Shown here: one piece after another, positions 30,566-42,373 of the stretch | Layout of the letters: every line of letters starts with the position of its first letter | Numbering within the stretch: the first letter of the stretch is position 1 | Assembly: GCA_963818885.1 (NCBI GenBank) | Contig: CAWFTP010000001.1 | Coordinates: 122,486-186,485, forward strand | Direction: 5' to 3' | Length of the DNA: 64,000 nucleotides | DNA from: an uncultured Pseudomonadota bacterium | GTDB lineage: Bacteria; Pseudomonadota; Alphaproteobacteria; Acetobacterales; Acetobacteraceae | The notes under the pieces: generated by a model | The model's input: only the letters and a program-made list of their open reading frames with translations | What the model was told of the DNA's origin: nothing | The model's database searches: none | Made by a program: the position numbers and the translations under genes

Positions 30566-31963
30566 CTAGCGCCGCGGCACGCCGTCCTCGCCAAGGTCCC
30601 ACCACAGCCCGGCCATGGCGGCGAGACCCTCGCGGGCGGGACCGACCAGAAGATGCTCGTCCGGTCCGTGCTGACGGCAGCCGTTGTAGCTGTGCGGGAT
30701 CCAGATCAGCGGCACGCCGAGATGGTCGGCGAACACGTCGCCGGGTAGCCCGCCCGACGAGTTGGGAATGATCTGCACCGCACGCCCCAGACTCGCGCCC
30801 ATGCTGGCGGCGGCGAAGCGGACCCAGGGATCGGCGACGTCGGTACGGCTCGCCGGCATCCGCACGCCGGCATTCTCGATGCGCACCTCGGGGAAGCCGG
30901 CGGCGTCGAGCTGGCGGCGGAGCGATGCCTCGAAAGTCGCCGGATCGCTATCGACCGTGTAGCGGATCTGGCAATGCGCGCGCGCGTCCGGCGCGACGGC
31001 GTTCACCGGGTTCTCCGGCCGGCCGGAGGTCATCGCCAGCACGATAAAGCTGTTCCAGGCGTAGATCTTCTCGGCCGCGCTCAGCCCCGGCTCGCCCCAG
31101 GCGTCGGTGATCGCCGGGGCGTCCTCCCCGCCCTCCACGGGGCAGCCGTCAAGCGTGTCGCGCACGCGGGGCGGCACGTCGCCGGCGGGCAGCCAGTCGC
31201 GCACCAGGATGCGTCCGTTGCGATCGACGATGGCGGTGATCGCGTGTGCCAGGATTACCGCCGGATCGGCGATGAGCCCGCCCCAGTGACCCGAATGCAC
31301 GCCCCCGGGGCGAAGCGTGACAGCCAGATCGAAATGGAACGTCCCGCGCGTGCCGGTGGCGATCGTGGGAGTGCCGGGGGCGACGCGGGGGCCGTCGCTG
31401 CCGATCAGAACGTCAGCGGCCAATTCGTCGCGATGGCCCACGACGAACGCGCGCAGGCCGGGCGAGCCACGCTCCTCGCTCGTCTCGAGCAGCAGCTTGA
31501 GGTTGAAGCCAAGCCGCCCTCCGCGCTCCGCCAGCACCGCCTCCAGCGCGGCGAGGTTGAGTGCGTGCTGCCCCTTGTTGTCGGCGGTGCCGCGGCCGTA
31601 CCAGCGATCGCCTCGCTCGGTCAGACGCCAGGGTTCGACCCCTTCGCTCCATTGCGCCTCAAGCCCACGCACCGTATCGCCGTGACCATAGGTGATGACG
31701 GTGGGGCGCGACGGGTCTTCCAGGCGCTCGGCAACGAGGATGGGACCGGCCGGTGGTTCGGGGTTCTCATGGACCGAGACACGAAAGCCGAGGCGCTCGA
31801 GCCAGGGCCGGATCGCGTCGTCGAGGTAGCGCGCGACGTCGGGCGCGTGCTCAGGCTCCTGCGAGGTGCTCGCGATGGCGACAAGCTCGGCCAACCGCTC
31901 GCGGAACCCGCCCTGATCGAATCCCGCGAGAGCGCGCGCGATCGCCTCGTCCCGTGATGTCAT
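30566..31963 (-). CDS. M20/M25/M40 family metallopeptidase
   Basis: 465 aa. YGHGDTV...RGTADNKG...ETSEERGS are typical M20 metal-binding motifs. Confidence 0.85.
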   Translation of the reverse strand: MTSRDEAIARALAGFDQGGFRERLAELVAIASTSQEPEHAPDVARYLDDAIRPWLERLGFRVSVHENPEPPAGPILVAERLEDPSRPTVITYGHGDTVRGLEAQWSEGVEPWRLTERGDRWYGRGTADNKGQHALNLAALEAVLAERGGRLGFNLKLLLETSEERGSPGLRAFVVGHRDELAADVLIGSDGPRVAPGTPTIATGTRGTFHFDLAVTLRPGGVHSGHWGGLIADPAVILAHAITAIVDRNGRILVRDWLPAGDVPPRVRDTLDGCPVEGGEDAPAITDAWGEPGLSAAEKIYAWNSFIVLAMTSGRPENPVNAVAPDARAHCQIRYTVDSDPATFEASLRRQLDAAGFPEVRIENAGVRMPASRTDVADPWVRFAAASMGASLGRAVQIIPNSSGGLPGDVFADHLGVPLIWIPHSYNGCRQHGPDEHLLVGPAREGLAAMAGLWWDLGEDGVPRR

Positions 31964-32087
31964 GCCCGCCCTCCGACCATTGCACCGGCATGCGCAATTG
32001 ACGGCCGGCGCCGCTTGACTGGATTATGCTTACGCCATCCATACGCCCCAAGGGCGACACCACAAAGGGAACGTTCGGGAGGACGAC

Positions 32088-33350
32088 ATGACGCATACCT
32101 TCGCGTACCGGGCCGTGCTGCTTGCCACTGCCGCCGCCATGATCGGCCTTGCGCCCCCCGCCGCGCGCGCCGCCGATGACACGGCCCCGATCAAGATCGG
32201 CGTGGTGAGCGAGTTCTCCGCCGTGGTCGGCGAGCCGATCGCGCGCGGGGCGCAACTCGCCGCCGACGAGGTGAACGCCAAGGGCGGCATCAACGGCCGC
32301 AAGGTCGAGATCGTCGCCTATGACGACCACGCCTCCGCCGCGGACGCGGTGCGCGCCTTCCAGCGCCTCGCCCAGCAGGATCACGTCGCCGCCGTCGTCA
32401 CCACCTTCATCAGCGAGGTGGCGCTCGCGGTGGAGCCCTGGGCGGCACGCCTGCATATGCCGACACTCACGCCTGCGGCGGCGAGCGACCTGATCAGCAA
32501 ACAGGTCCACGACAAGTACGACCAGTTCAAATACATGTTCGAGGGCTGGTTTCCCTCGCCGATCCTCGCCGCTTCGGTTTGCGATTCGTCGCGGGAGCTG
32601 CTCGTTGACGGCCTGCACATGAAGACGGCGGCGGTCGTGCGAGAGGACGCCGACTGGACCAAGCCGCTCGACGTCACCCTGGAGCAATGCCTTCCTAAGG
32701 CCGGCCTCAAGGTCGTCGACCAGGTCGCCTTCAACCCGGATACGACCGATTTCACCCCGATCTTCAACGGGGTGGAGGCGAAGCATCCGGACGTCATGAT
32801 CATGGGGATCGCTCATGTCGGGGTGCAGCCGACGGTGCAGTGGCATTCCCAGCAGGTGCCGATCCCGATGGCCGGGATCAGCGCGCAGGCCTCCAACGAC
32901 ACGTTCTGGAAGAGCACCAACGGTGCGACCGAGGGGGTCATCACGCAGACCGGTTCGGCGCCGGGCATCGCGTTGAGCCCGGTGACGCTCGCGGCGCAGA
33001 AGGCCTACCAGGACAAGTACCACAACTTCCCGGCCTTCACCGGATTCAGCGCTTATGACGGCACCATGGCCTTCCTGCAGGCAATCCAGCGCGCCGGCTC
33101 GACCGACCCGGACAAGATCGTGGCCGAAATGGAGAAGACCAGCATGGACGGCGCGACCGGGCATATCGGCTACTACGGGCGCGGCGACCAATTCACCCAT
33201 GCACTGAAGTACGGGCCGGACTGGGTAACCGGCATCTTCGTGCAGTGGCAGAATGGCAAGCAGGTCTGCGTCTGGCCGACGAAGGAATGCCCGAACAAGC
33301 TGGTGTTTCCGTCCTTCGTGAAGCTGCCGCAGCAATCGGCGAGCAAGTAA
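32088..33350 (+). CDS. ABC transporter substrate-binding protein (LivJ/Peripla_BP_6 type), copy 1
   Basis: Signal peptide ending in ARAADD, then IKIGVVSEFSAVVGEPIARGAQLAADEVNAKGGINGRKVEIVAYDD. SD gggagga precedes the ATG. Confidence 0.9.
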   Translation: MTHTFAYRAVLLATAAAMIGLAPPAARAADDTAPIKIGVVSEFSAVVGEPIARGAQLAADEVNAKGGINGRKVEIVAYDDHASAADAVRAFQRLAQQDHVAAVVTTFISEVALAVEPWAARLHMPTLTPAAASDLISKQVHDKYDQFKYMFEGWFPSPILAASVCDSSRELLVDGLHMKTAAVVREDADWTKPLDVTLEQCLPKAGLKVVDQVAFNPDTTDFTPIFNGVEAKHPDVMIMGIAHVGVQPTVQWHSQQVPIPMAGISAQASNDTFWKSTNGATEGVITQTGSAPGIALSPVTLAAQKAYQDKYHNFPAFTGFSAYDGTMAFLQAIQRAGSTDPDKIVAEMEKTSMDGATGHIGYYGRGDQFTHALKYGPDWVTGIFVQWQNGKQVCVWPTKECPNKLVFPSFVKLPQQSASK

Positions 33351-33380
33351 CGTCCGATCATGGACTTCGGGGAGGATGTT

Positions 33381-34643
33381 ATGATGCAGACCCTCGCGCC
33401 CAGGGCCGCGCTGCTCGCCAGCGCCGCCGCCATGATCGGCCTCGCCCCTCCCGTCGCCCGCGCCGCCGACGACACCGGCCCGATCAAGATCGGCGTGGTG
33501 AGCGAGTTCTCCGCCGTGGTCGGCGAGCCGATCGCGCACGGGGCTCAGCTCGCCGCCGACGAGGTGAACGCCAAGGGCGGCATCAACGGCCGCAAGGTCG
33601 AGATCGTCGCCTATGACGACCACGCCTCCGCCGCGGACGCGGTGCGCGCCTTCCAGCGCCTCGCCCAGCAGGACCATGTCGCCGCCGTCGTCACCACCTT
33701 CATCAGCGAGGTGGCGCTCGCGGTGGAGCCCTGGGCGGCACGCCTGCACCTGCCGACGGCCACACCCGCGGCGGCAAGCGACCTGATCACCAGGCAGGTC
33801 CACGACAAGTACGATCAGTTCAAATACGTGTTCGAGGTCGCGCTCAGCTCGCCGCTGCTCGCCGCCTCGGTCTGCGACTCCTCGCATGATTTGCTGGTCG
33901 AGGGGCTGCACATGAAGACCGCGGCGATGGTGCTGGAGGACGCCGACTGGACCAAGCCCTACGCCCAGACATTGGAGCAATGCCTGCCAAAGGCTGGCCT
34001 CAAGATCGTCGATCATGTCGTCTTCAATCCCGACACGACGGACTTTACGCCGATCTTCAACGGGGTGGAGGCGAAGCATCCTGACGTCATGGTCATGGGG
34101 ATCGCCCATGTGGGCGTGCAGCCGACGGTACAGTGGCACTCCCAGCAGGTGCCGATCCCGATGGCGGGGCTGAATGTCCAGGCCTCCAACAACACGTTCT
34201 GGAAGAGCACCAACGGCGCGACCGAGGGCGTCATCACGCAGAGCCAGTCCGGGCCGGGGATCGCGCTGAGCCCGATCACGCTCGCCGTGCAGAAGGCGTA
34301 TGTCGACAAATACCACAACTTTCCGGCCTGGCCCGGCTTCAACGCCTACGACGCGACGATGGCCTTTATTGAGGCGATCAGGCGGGCGGGCTCGACCGAC
34401 CCGGACAAGATCGTCGCCGAGATGGAAGAGACGAACATGGAGGGGGCGATCGGCCATATCGGCTTCTATGGCCGCGATGACGAGTTCACCCACGGCCTGC
34501 GCTACGGCCCCGGCTGGGTGACCGGTCTCTTCGTGCAATGGCAGAACGGCAAGCAGGTCTGCGTCTGGCCCACCGACAAATGCCCGAACAAGCTGGTGTT
34601 CCCGTCCTTTGTGAAGCTCCCGCAGCAGGCCGCGAGCAAGTGA
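33381..34643 (+). CDS. ABC transporter substrate-binding protein (LivJ/Peripla_BP_6 type), copy 2
   Basis: Paralog of the preceding gene with long near-identical nucleotide blocks (for example 32205-32450 vs 33497-33740). SD ggagg precedes the ATG at 33381. Confidence 0.9.
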   Translation: MMQTLAPRAALLASAAAMIGLAPPVARAADDTGPIKIGVVSEFSAVVGEPIAHGAQLAADEVNAKGGINGRKVEIVAYDDHASAADAVRAFQRLAQQDHVAAVVTTFISEVALAVEPWAARLHLPTATPAAASDLITRQVHDKYDQFKYVFEVALSSPLLAASVCDSSHDLLVEGLHMKTAAMVLEDADWTKPYAQTLEQCLPKAGLKIVDHVVFNPDTTDFTPIFNGVEAKHPDVMVMGIAHVGVQPTVQWHSQQVPIPMAGLNVQASNNTFWKSTNGATEGVITQSQSGPGIALSPITLAVQKAYVDKYHNFPAWPGFNAYDATMAFIEAIRRAGSTDPDKIVAEMEETNMEGAIGHIGFYGRDDEFTHGLRYGPGWVTGLFVQWQNGKQVCVWPTDKCPNKLVFPSFVKLPQQAASK

Positions 34644-34663
34644 GGACACCTCCTCCCAACCTC

Positions 34664-34755
34664 ACCTCTCCCGCGAGCGGGAGAGGTCGCCGCGCGTCGG
34701 CGCGGCGGGTGAGGGTGGCCCTCCCACCCTGCCTTTCCCCCCCGCGCTGCGGGGG
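34664..34755 (+). repeat. Cluster of four consecutive GC-rich hairpins (REP-like) between the binding-protein and permease genes
   Basis: The four hairpins are acctctcccgc-ga-gcgggagaggt (34664-34687), cgccgcgc-gtcg-gcgcggcg (34688-34707), agggtgg-ccctc-ccaccct (34712-34730) and cccccgc-gct-gcggggg (34739-34755). Confidence 0.7.
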
Positions 34756-34797
34756 AGAGGGGTAGTCTGGAGCAGGCGGACAGGGCCGGCGCACTAG

Positions 34798-35673
34798 ATG
34801 CTCGCGCTGCAGATCCTCATCGACGGATTCGCCATCAGCTCCCTCTACGGGCTGGGCGCGATCGGCTTCACGCTGATGTTCGGCGTCAGCGGCGTGCTCA
34901 ACCTCGCGCATGGCGGGATCATGCTGATCGCCGCGATTCTGGGCTGGTGGCTCGCCGCGAACCACGCCGCGGGCCCGTACGGCGGCGCCGCGTTCGGCCT
35001 CGTGTGCGGGCTGCTCGCCTCCTACGTCACCTACTTCGTCGTCGTCCGCCCGATCCAGCGCTCTCGCGCGATCCCCGCCGAGGAGGAGGAGATCTTCGTG
35101 CTGACCGCCACCCTGCTGTGGGGGATCATGATCCAGGTGATCATGGATTATGTGTTCACCGACAATCCCGTGACGCTGCCGGCGCTTGTGCCGGGCGTTG
35201 TCACCATCGGCGGCGTGCGCACGCCGCGCAACGAGGTCCTGATCGCTATCGTGTGCTGGGTCTCCATCGGCCTTCTCTGGCTGCTGGTGAACCATACGCG
35301 GCTTGGCAAGCAGCTGCTGGCGGCCTCGATCAACCCGCGCGGCCTGACCTTGCTGGGCTTCGAGCTCTCGCGCATCCACCTGATCGTCTGGACGATCTAC
35401 GGCGTGCTCGCCGGGCTCGCGGGCGTCCTGCTCGCGTCCTTCTTCGGCGTGAGCTCCTCGAGCGCGGGCAACCTGACGGCGAGCGCCTTCACGATCGTCA
35501 TCCTGGGCGGGCTCGGCAGCGTGCCCGGCTCGCTGATCGCCGCCTATGTCGTGGGCTATGCCGAGACGCTGACGGCCTACCTGGTCGCGCCGACGCTGCG
35601 GCCAATCCCGGCCCTGCTCATCCTCGTCGCGGTCCTCTACGTGCGTCCGCAGGGCATCCTGGGGCGTCGATGA
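34798..35673 (+). CDS. livH: Branched-chain amino acid ABC transporter permease (LivH-type)
   Basis: 291 aa, multi-TM. MLALQILIDGFAISSLYGLGAIGFTLMFGVSGVLNLAHGG is the canonical LivH N-terminus. Confidence 0.9.
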   Translation: MLALQILIDGFAISSLYGLGAIGFTLMFGVSGVLNLAHGGIMLIAAILGWWLAANHAAGPYGGAAFGLVCGLLASYVTYFVVVRPIQRSRAIPAEEEEIFVLTATLLWGIMIQVIMDYVFTDNPVTLPALVPGVVTIGGVRTPRNEVLIAIVCWVSIGLLWLLVNHTRLGKQLLAASINPRGLTLLGFELSRIHLIVWTIYGVLAGLAGVLLASFFGVSSSSAGNLTASAFTIVILGGLGSVPGSLIAAYVVGYAETLTAYLVAPTLRPIPALLILVAVLYVRPQGILGRR

Positions 35674-36568
35674 GGGTCGGCGCCGCGATCCTGCTGATCA
35701 TCGTCGGGGCCACCGCCCCGCTCTGGCTCGGCGGCTATTACCTCGGCGTGTTCACCACCGCGTTCTACTTCGCCGTCTTCGCCATGGCGTGGGATTTGCT
35801 GTTCGGCTACGCGGGCATGGTCAATTTCGGCCCGACGTTCCTGATCGGGCTCGGCGCCTACTGCGCCGGGATCATGAACAACAACGGCTTCGGCATCCCG
35901 CTCTCCCTGATCGGCGGGACCGTCGCCGCGATCATTGGCGGTTTGCTGCTCGCCCTGCCCGCCCTGCGCCTGCGCGGGCCCTATTTCGGCCTGGTCACGC
36001 TGGTCGCGGTGCTGCTGCTGCTCGACGCGATCGTCATCTTCGCCGGCACCACCGGCGGGGAGATCGGCATGATGGTGCCCGACGTGCTCTCAGTCAGCGC
36101 ACCGCGGAACTACTGGTACGCCTTCGCTTTCATGGTTGTCTCCGCCGCCATCCTGTACGGCATTTCCCGCTCCTCGCTCGGGCTGATCCTGCAGGCAACC
36201 GGGCAGGATGCGGTGGAGGCGGCGGCGCTCGGCTTCAACGTCACCAAGCACCGGGTCGCCGCCTTTTGCATCAGCGCATTGTTCTCCGGCCTCGCCGGCG
36301 GGATGGTCACGTTCTATCAGGGCACCGCCTCGGTCGACACGCTGGTCGACCTCTCGATCGCGGTGCAGATCATCATCGCCGCGGTGTTCGGCGGGCGGCG
36401 CACCATCCTGGGCGCGATCCTGGGGGCGATCTTCCTGATCCTGTTCAACGAGCTGCTGCGCCCGCTGGGCCAGCTCAACACCTTCGTCGTGTCGGCGATC
36501 GCGCTATGCGTGATCCTGTTCTTCCCGGACGGCGTGCTGGGCTACATTCTCCGCCCGAAGGCGTCGCG

Positions 36569-36572
<4 letters not shown>
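35670..36572 (+). CDS. livM: Branched-chain amino acid ABC transporter permease (LivM-type)
   Basis: ATGA overlap with livH. FAMAWDLLFGYAGMVNFGPTFLIGLGAY is the LivM pattern. It is embedded in a longer spurious ORF in the track. Confidence 0.9.
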
Positions 36573-38044
<1,472 letters not shown>

Positions 38045-38053
38045 GCAGGCCCG

Positions 38054-40037
38054 CTACTCCTCCGCGAAGCTCACCAGCACCTGCCCCTCCTCCACGTTGT
38101 CGCCCACGCGGCACGTTACGGTAGCGACCACTCTGTCGGCACTGGCTGGCAGGCGGAACACGGTCTTCATCGCCTCCAGGATCACCAGCACCTCGCCGCG
38201 CGCGACCGCCTGGCCCGGTTTGACGAGAACCGATGTGACCTGGCCGGGGATCGGCGCTATCAGCCGCCCGCCGCCGCCCGCATCTGCCTCGATCGCCGCC
38301 TCGGGGTCGGGCAGCGACAGACGCCAAGTCTCGCCCTGCCAGCGCAGGGTGACGCCGTCCGGCACGCGGGTGAAGCCGGCATGGGCACGCTCGCCGTCAA
38401 GCGTGACATCGAGCTGCCCATCCGGGGCGGCTGACGCACTGCCGAGCAGCGACACACCCGTTGCCTCGATACGCCACATCCCCGCCTCTGGCCGCAACGT
38501 GACCGGCAGCCCGACCTCCCCTGCGGTGAAGGGGAGCGTCCGTGCGCGCGTGGCGTTCAGCCACCAGCCATCCGCTGCGTTCCACGGCGAGTGGGGATCG
38601 CCCGGCGGCGCCGTATGCGGCTCGGCCGCCAGCACCCCGAGCGCGGCGACGGCGAGTGCCTCGGCGGGCGGCGGGCGCTGCGGGGCAAGCAGGGTCGCCG
38701 CCTCGCGGGCGATGAAGCCGGTGTCGATGCCACCCGCGGCGAAGTCCGGATGCGCGGCGATGCGCCCCAGCAGGTCGAGATTGCTCGCGACCCCGGCCAC
38801 CTCGGTCTCCGCCAGTGCACGACGCAGCCGGGCAAGGGCCTCGGGCCGATCGTCGCCGTGGCAGATCACCTTGGCGAGCATCGCGTCATAATGGACGCCG
38901 ATCGTATCGCCGGTGCGGAATCCGGCATCGACGCGCACTCCCTCGCCTTCTGGCAGGCGCAGCCGGGCGAGGCGGCCAATGGAGGGCGCGAAGTCTCGCG
39001 CCGGATCCTCCGCATAAAGGCGCGCCTCGATGGCATGGCCGTGCAGTCGGATGTCCTCCTGACGCAAGGGCAGCGCCTCACCGGCGGCGACGCGTAGCTG
39101 CCATTCGACAAGGTCGAACCCGGTCACCATCTCGGTCACCGGATGCTCGACCTGCAGGCGGGTGTTCATCTCGAGGAAGAAAAACCCGTCGGCTTCGGCG
39201 ACGAACTCCACCGTGCCGGCACTCCGGTAACCCACGGCGAGGGCGCAGGCGACCGCCGCCTGACCCATCGCGGCACGCCGGGCGGCGTCGAGACCGGGAG
39301 CGGGCGCTTCCTCTAGCACCTTCTGATGGCGGCGCTGGGCCGAGCAGTCGCGCTCGAACAGATGCACCGCGTTGCCGTGCGAATCGGCGAACACCTGCAC
39401 CTCGATATGGCGCGGCCGCTCGAGATAGCGCTCGATCAGCACGCGGTCATCGCCGAAGGCGGAGGCGGCCTCCTGGCGCGCCGAGTTCGAGCGCAGCGGC
39501 GAAGTCCGACGCGCGGGTGACGACGCGCATTCCCCGCCCGCCGCCACCGGAGACGGCCTTGATGACGACCGGAAATCCGATGCGCGCGGCGTGGTCGGCG
39601 AGGAGCGCGGAGTCCTGGTTCTCGCCCTCGTAGCCCGGCAGCACCGGCACGCCGGCGTCGCGCATTAGGGCTTTGGCGGCGGATTTGGAGCCCATCGCGC
39701 GCATCGCCGAAGCGGGCGGCCCGACGAAAACGATGCCGGCGGCCTCGCACGCCTCGGCGAATTCGGGGTTCTCGGACAAGAACCCATATCCGGGATGGAT
39801 CGCATCCGCCCCGGTCCGGCGCGCCGCCTCAATGATGCGCGGCATCGAAAGATAACTCTCCCGCGCCGGCACCGGCCCGATGCGCACCGCGCGATTGGCA
39901 GCGGCGATATGCATCGCGTTCGCGTCGGCATCAGAGAAAACGGCGATGGTCGCGATCCCCATCCGGCGCGCGGTCCGCGCGACCCGCACTGCGATCTCGC
40001 CGCGATTGGCGATGAGGAGAGTACGGATGAGGGTCAC
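38054..40037 (-). pseudogene. Biotin carboxylase/BCCP alpha subunit of an acyl-CoA carboxylase (methylcrotonyl-/propionyl-CoA carboxylase-like), frame broken near 39481-39490
   Basis: The N-terminal ORF 39447..40037 (MTLIRTLLIANRGEIAVRV...[16 protein letters not shown]...DFAAALE) continues in ORF 38054..39547 ([32 protein letters not shown]...[14 protein letters not shown]...) and ends in a biotinyl domain (EAMKT). Confidence 0.85.
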
Positions 40038-40177
40038 GACACGCGTTCCTCCTGCCCGTCATACTCGGCGAAGGCCACTGCTGTCCGGCATGATTTCTGC
40101 CTGTGCTTGCGCATGACATTAATTCTACCGCGGTGCCGACATTCGCCAACGCTATCCACCGCAGTCGGGACCAACGC

Positions 40178-40330
40178 CATGCGTCATCAGGCCACTCTGT
40201 TTGAGCAGGTCGTCGAGATTTTTCCCTGGCAGCGCTTCGACCACTACGTGCGCAGGCCCAACGCCGATGCCCGCCAGGGTGGCTTCAGCGACCAACACGC
40301 CACCACTCAACGCGCCCAACTCGAACGCCC
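40178..40330 (+). mobile_element. Remnant of an IS4/IS5-type transposase N-terminus (DUF4372-like)
   Basis: MRHQATLFEQVVEIFPWQRFDHYVRRPNADARQGGFSDQHATTQRAQL resembles the N-terminal DUF4372 region of IS transposases. Only about 50 codons are present, with no catalytic domain and no inverted repeats seen. Confidence 0.35.
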
Positions 40331-40699
40331 CTGGATGCCCCACCGCCCGTCTTTCAGCGTCACGATATAGAGGGAACGATAGCTTCCGATCGCTGTGCCG
40401 TCCAAACCGTAGCGGATGAACCGCACCCGGAAGTGAACCTTCTCGGGACCAGCGTCGATGACCTCAACCGAGTCCCAGGCGGACCTTCCCCAGCCGGCGG
40501 ACTCGCCTGTGCGTCCCCACACCAGGTTCGTCGTGTAGTCCTCCGCCCGCGCGATCACCGTCACCTGCCCGCTATGGAAACGGACATGCGGGAAATGAAA
40601 CCACCGCGTGCGGATCGCCTCGGCGTCCTCCGCATTGAACGCGGCCATGAAGCCGTCCATCGCCGCTCGCGCGGCGGCAGCATAATCAGCTTCGCTCAC
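40307..40699 (-). CDS. NTF2/SnoaL-like fold protein (hypothetical)
   Basis: About 130 aa from GTG 40699: AAMDGFMAAFNAEDAEAIRTRWFHFPHVRF...YIVTLKDGRWGIQGRSS is typical of SnoaL-like small proteins. The longer ORF would overlap the divergent gene start. Confidence 0.5.
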   Translation of the reverse strand: MSEADYAAAARAAMDGFMAAFNAEDAEAIRTRWFHFPHVRFHSGQVTVIARAEDYTTNLVWGRTGESAGWGRSAWDSVEVIDAGPEKVHFRVRFIRYGLDGTAIGSYRSLYIVTLKDGRWGIQGRSSWAR

Positions 40700-40766
40700 A
40701 CCTTCTCCCCTCGCCCTGCCTGCCGTCCGCTGCAATAATGCGCATCGGGTTTGCAGGGAAATCGCG

Positions 40767-42329
40767 ATGGCCGATCTCCCCTCCTGCCGCACCCTTGGCG
40801 AGGTGCTGCAGCTTCAGGCCGTGGAGCGGCCCGGTGCGACGGCCCTGATCTTCGGCGAACGCAGGACGAGCTTCGGCGAACTCGGCCGCTATGCGCGCCA
40901 GGTGGCGAACGGCCTGATCGCCCTTGGCGCTGGGTCCGGCAGCCGTGTCGCCTATCTCGGCAAGAACACCGACTATTTCTGCGAGCTGCTGTTCGGCGCC
41001 GCGATGGCCGGGGCGGTCCTGGTGCCGGTGAACTGGCGCCTCGCGGTCCCGGAAATGGAAGCGATCCTGCGTGACGCCGAGGCGGGCGTGCTGTTCGTCG
41101 GGCCCCGCTTCGCGGCGCAGGCCACCGCCCTCGACCTTCCCGACGTCACGCGCTTCTCGCTCGAGGGCGCCTCGCTCGCCTGGACCGACTTCGCCGATTG
41201 GCGCAACGCTCAGTCGGACAGTGACCCGGGCGGCGCGGTGGCGCCCGATGACACGTGCCTCCAGCTCTACACGTCGGGCACGACAGGGCTGCCGAAGGGC
41301 GTCGAGCTGATGCACCGGAACTGCCTCGTGATGCTCACGGCATTGCAGGAGGGCGGCTGCGGCAGCGTCGGTCCCGAGGACGTCCTGCTCATCTGCATGC
41401 CGCTGTTCCATGCCGCCGGCGTCCTCCCGGCGTTGATGGGGCTTGCGAACGGGAGCACCGTCGTGGTGCTGGCGGAGCTGGACGTGCCCGCCATCATCGC
41501 CGCCTTCGCGCGCCATGGGGTGACGTGGCTGATCCTCGTCCCGGCGGCGCTCCTCATGGTGGCGCAGCATCCGGCCGCTCTCTCCGCCGATTTCAGCTCG
41601 CTGCGACGGATGGTCTACGGCGCCTCGCCGATAGCCGAGAGTCTCGTGCTGCGGGCCAGGGCGCTGTTTCCGAATGCCGGCCTCTATCACCTCTACGGCC
41701 TGACCGCGGCTTGCGGCGCCGGCACGATATCGCCGCCCGAGGCGCATGACCCAGCCCGGGGAAACTGCAATCCTGCGGCCTTCCCTATCCGCATCTCGAG
41801 CTGCGCATCATTGACCCGACCGGAGCGCTGGTGCCGCCGCGCATCGTCGGCGAAATCGTGCTACGTGGGCCGACCGTCATGAAGGGCTACTGGCGCAATC
41901 CGGACGCGACGCGTGCCGCGTTCACGCCGGACGGCTGGCTGCGCACCGGCGATGCCGCCTACATGGACGAGGATGGGTTCGTCTATGTCCACGACCGGGT
42001 GAAGGACATGATCGTCAGCGGCGGCGAGAACGTCTATCCGGCGGAGGTGGAGAACGCGCTCTACGGCCATCCGGCGATCGCCGACGTCGCGGTGATCGGC
42101 GTCCCCGACGACCGCTGGGGCGAGGCGGTCAAGGCGGTCATCGTGCTGAGGCCGGGCGCCTCGGCGTCGGCGGAAGACATTGTCGCCTATGCGCGCGCGC
42201 ATCGCGGGCTACGAGCTGCCAAAATCGATCGACTTGACCGACACGCTACCGCGCAACCCGACCGGCAAGCTGCTCAAGCGCGTGCTGCGCGCTCCATATT
42301 GGGAAGAGCGCACGCAGCAGGTCGGCTGA
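40767..42329 (+). pseudogene. Acyl-CoA synthetase (AMP-binding, fatty-acid-CoA ligase type) with two compensating frame breaks
   Basis: LQLYTSGTTGLPKGV is in frame 0. After about 41758-41764 the protein continues in another frame (GKLQSCGLPYPHLELRIIDPTGALVPP...TGDAAYMDEDGFVYVHDRVKDMIVSGGENVYPAEVE). After the (GC)5 run at 42191-42200 it returns to the original frame (IAGYELPKSIDLTDTLPRNPTGKLLKRVLR..., stop at 42327-42329). Confidence 0.85.
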
Positions 42330-42373
42330 TGGCCGCGACGCGCACCGCCAGTGTCCCCTCGCGGCAGGTTCGC

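Noticed and set aside
31851-34649. 932-aa ORF on the minus strand spanning both binding-protein genes
   Set aside because: It is antisense to two well-supported LivJ-type genes. Its sequence is low-complexity R/G/D/H-rich and internally duplicated only because the sense genes are duplicated. This is the typical stop-poor antisense frame of high-GC DNA.
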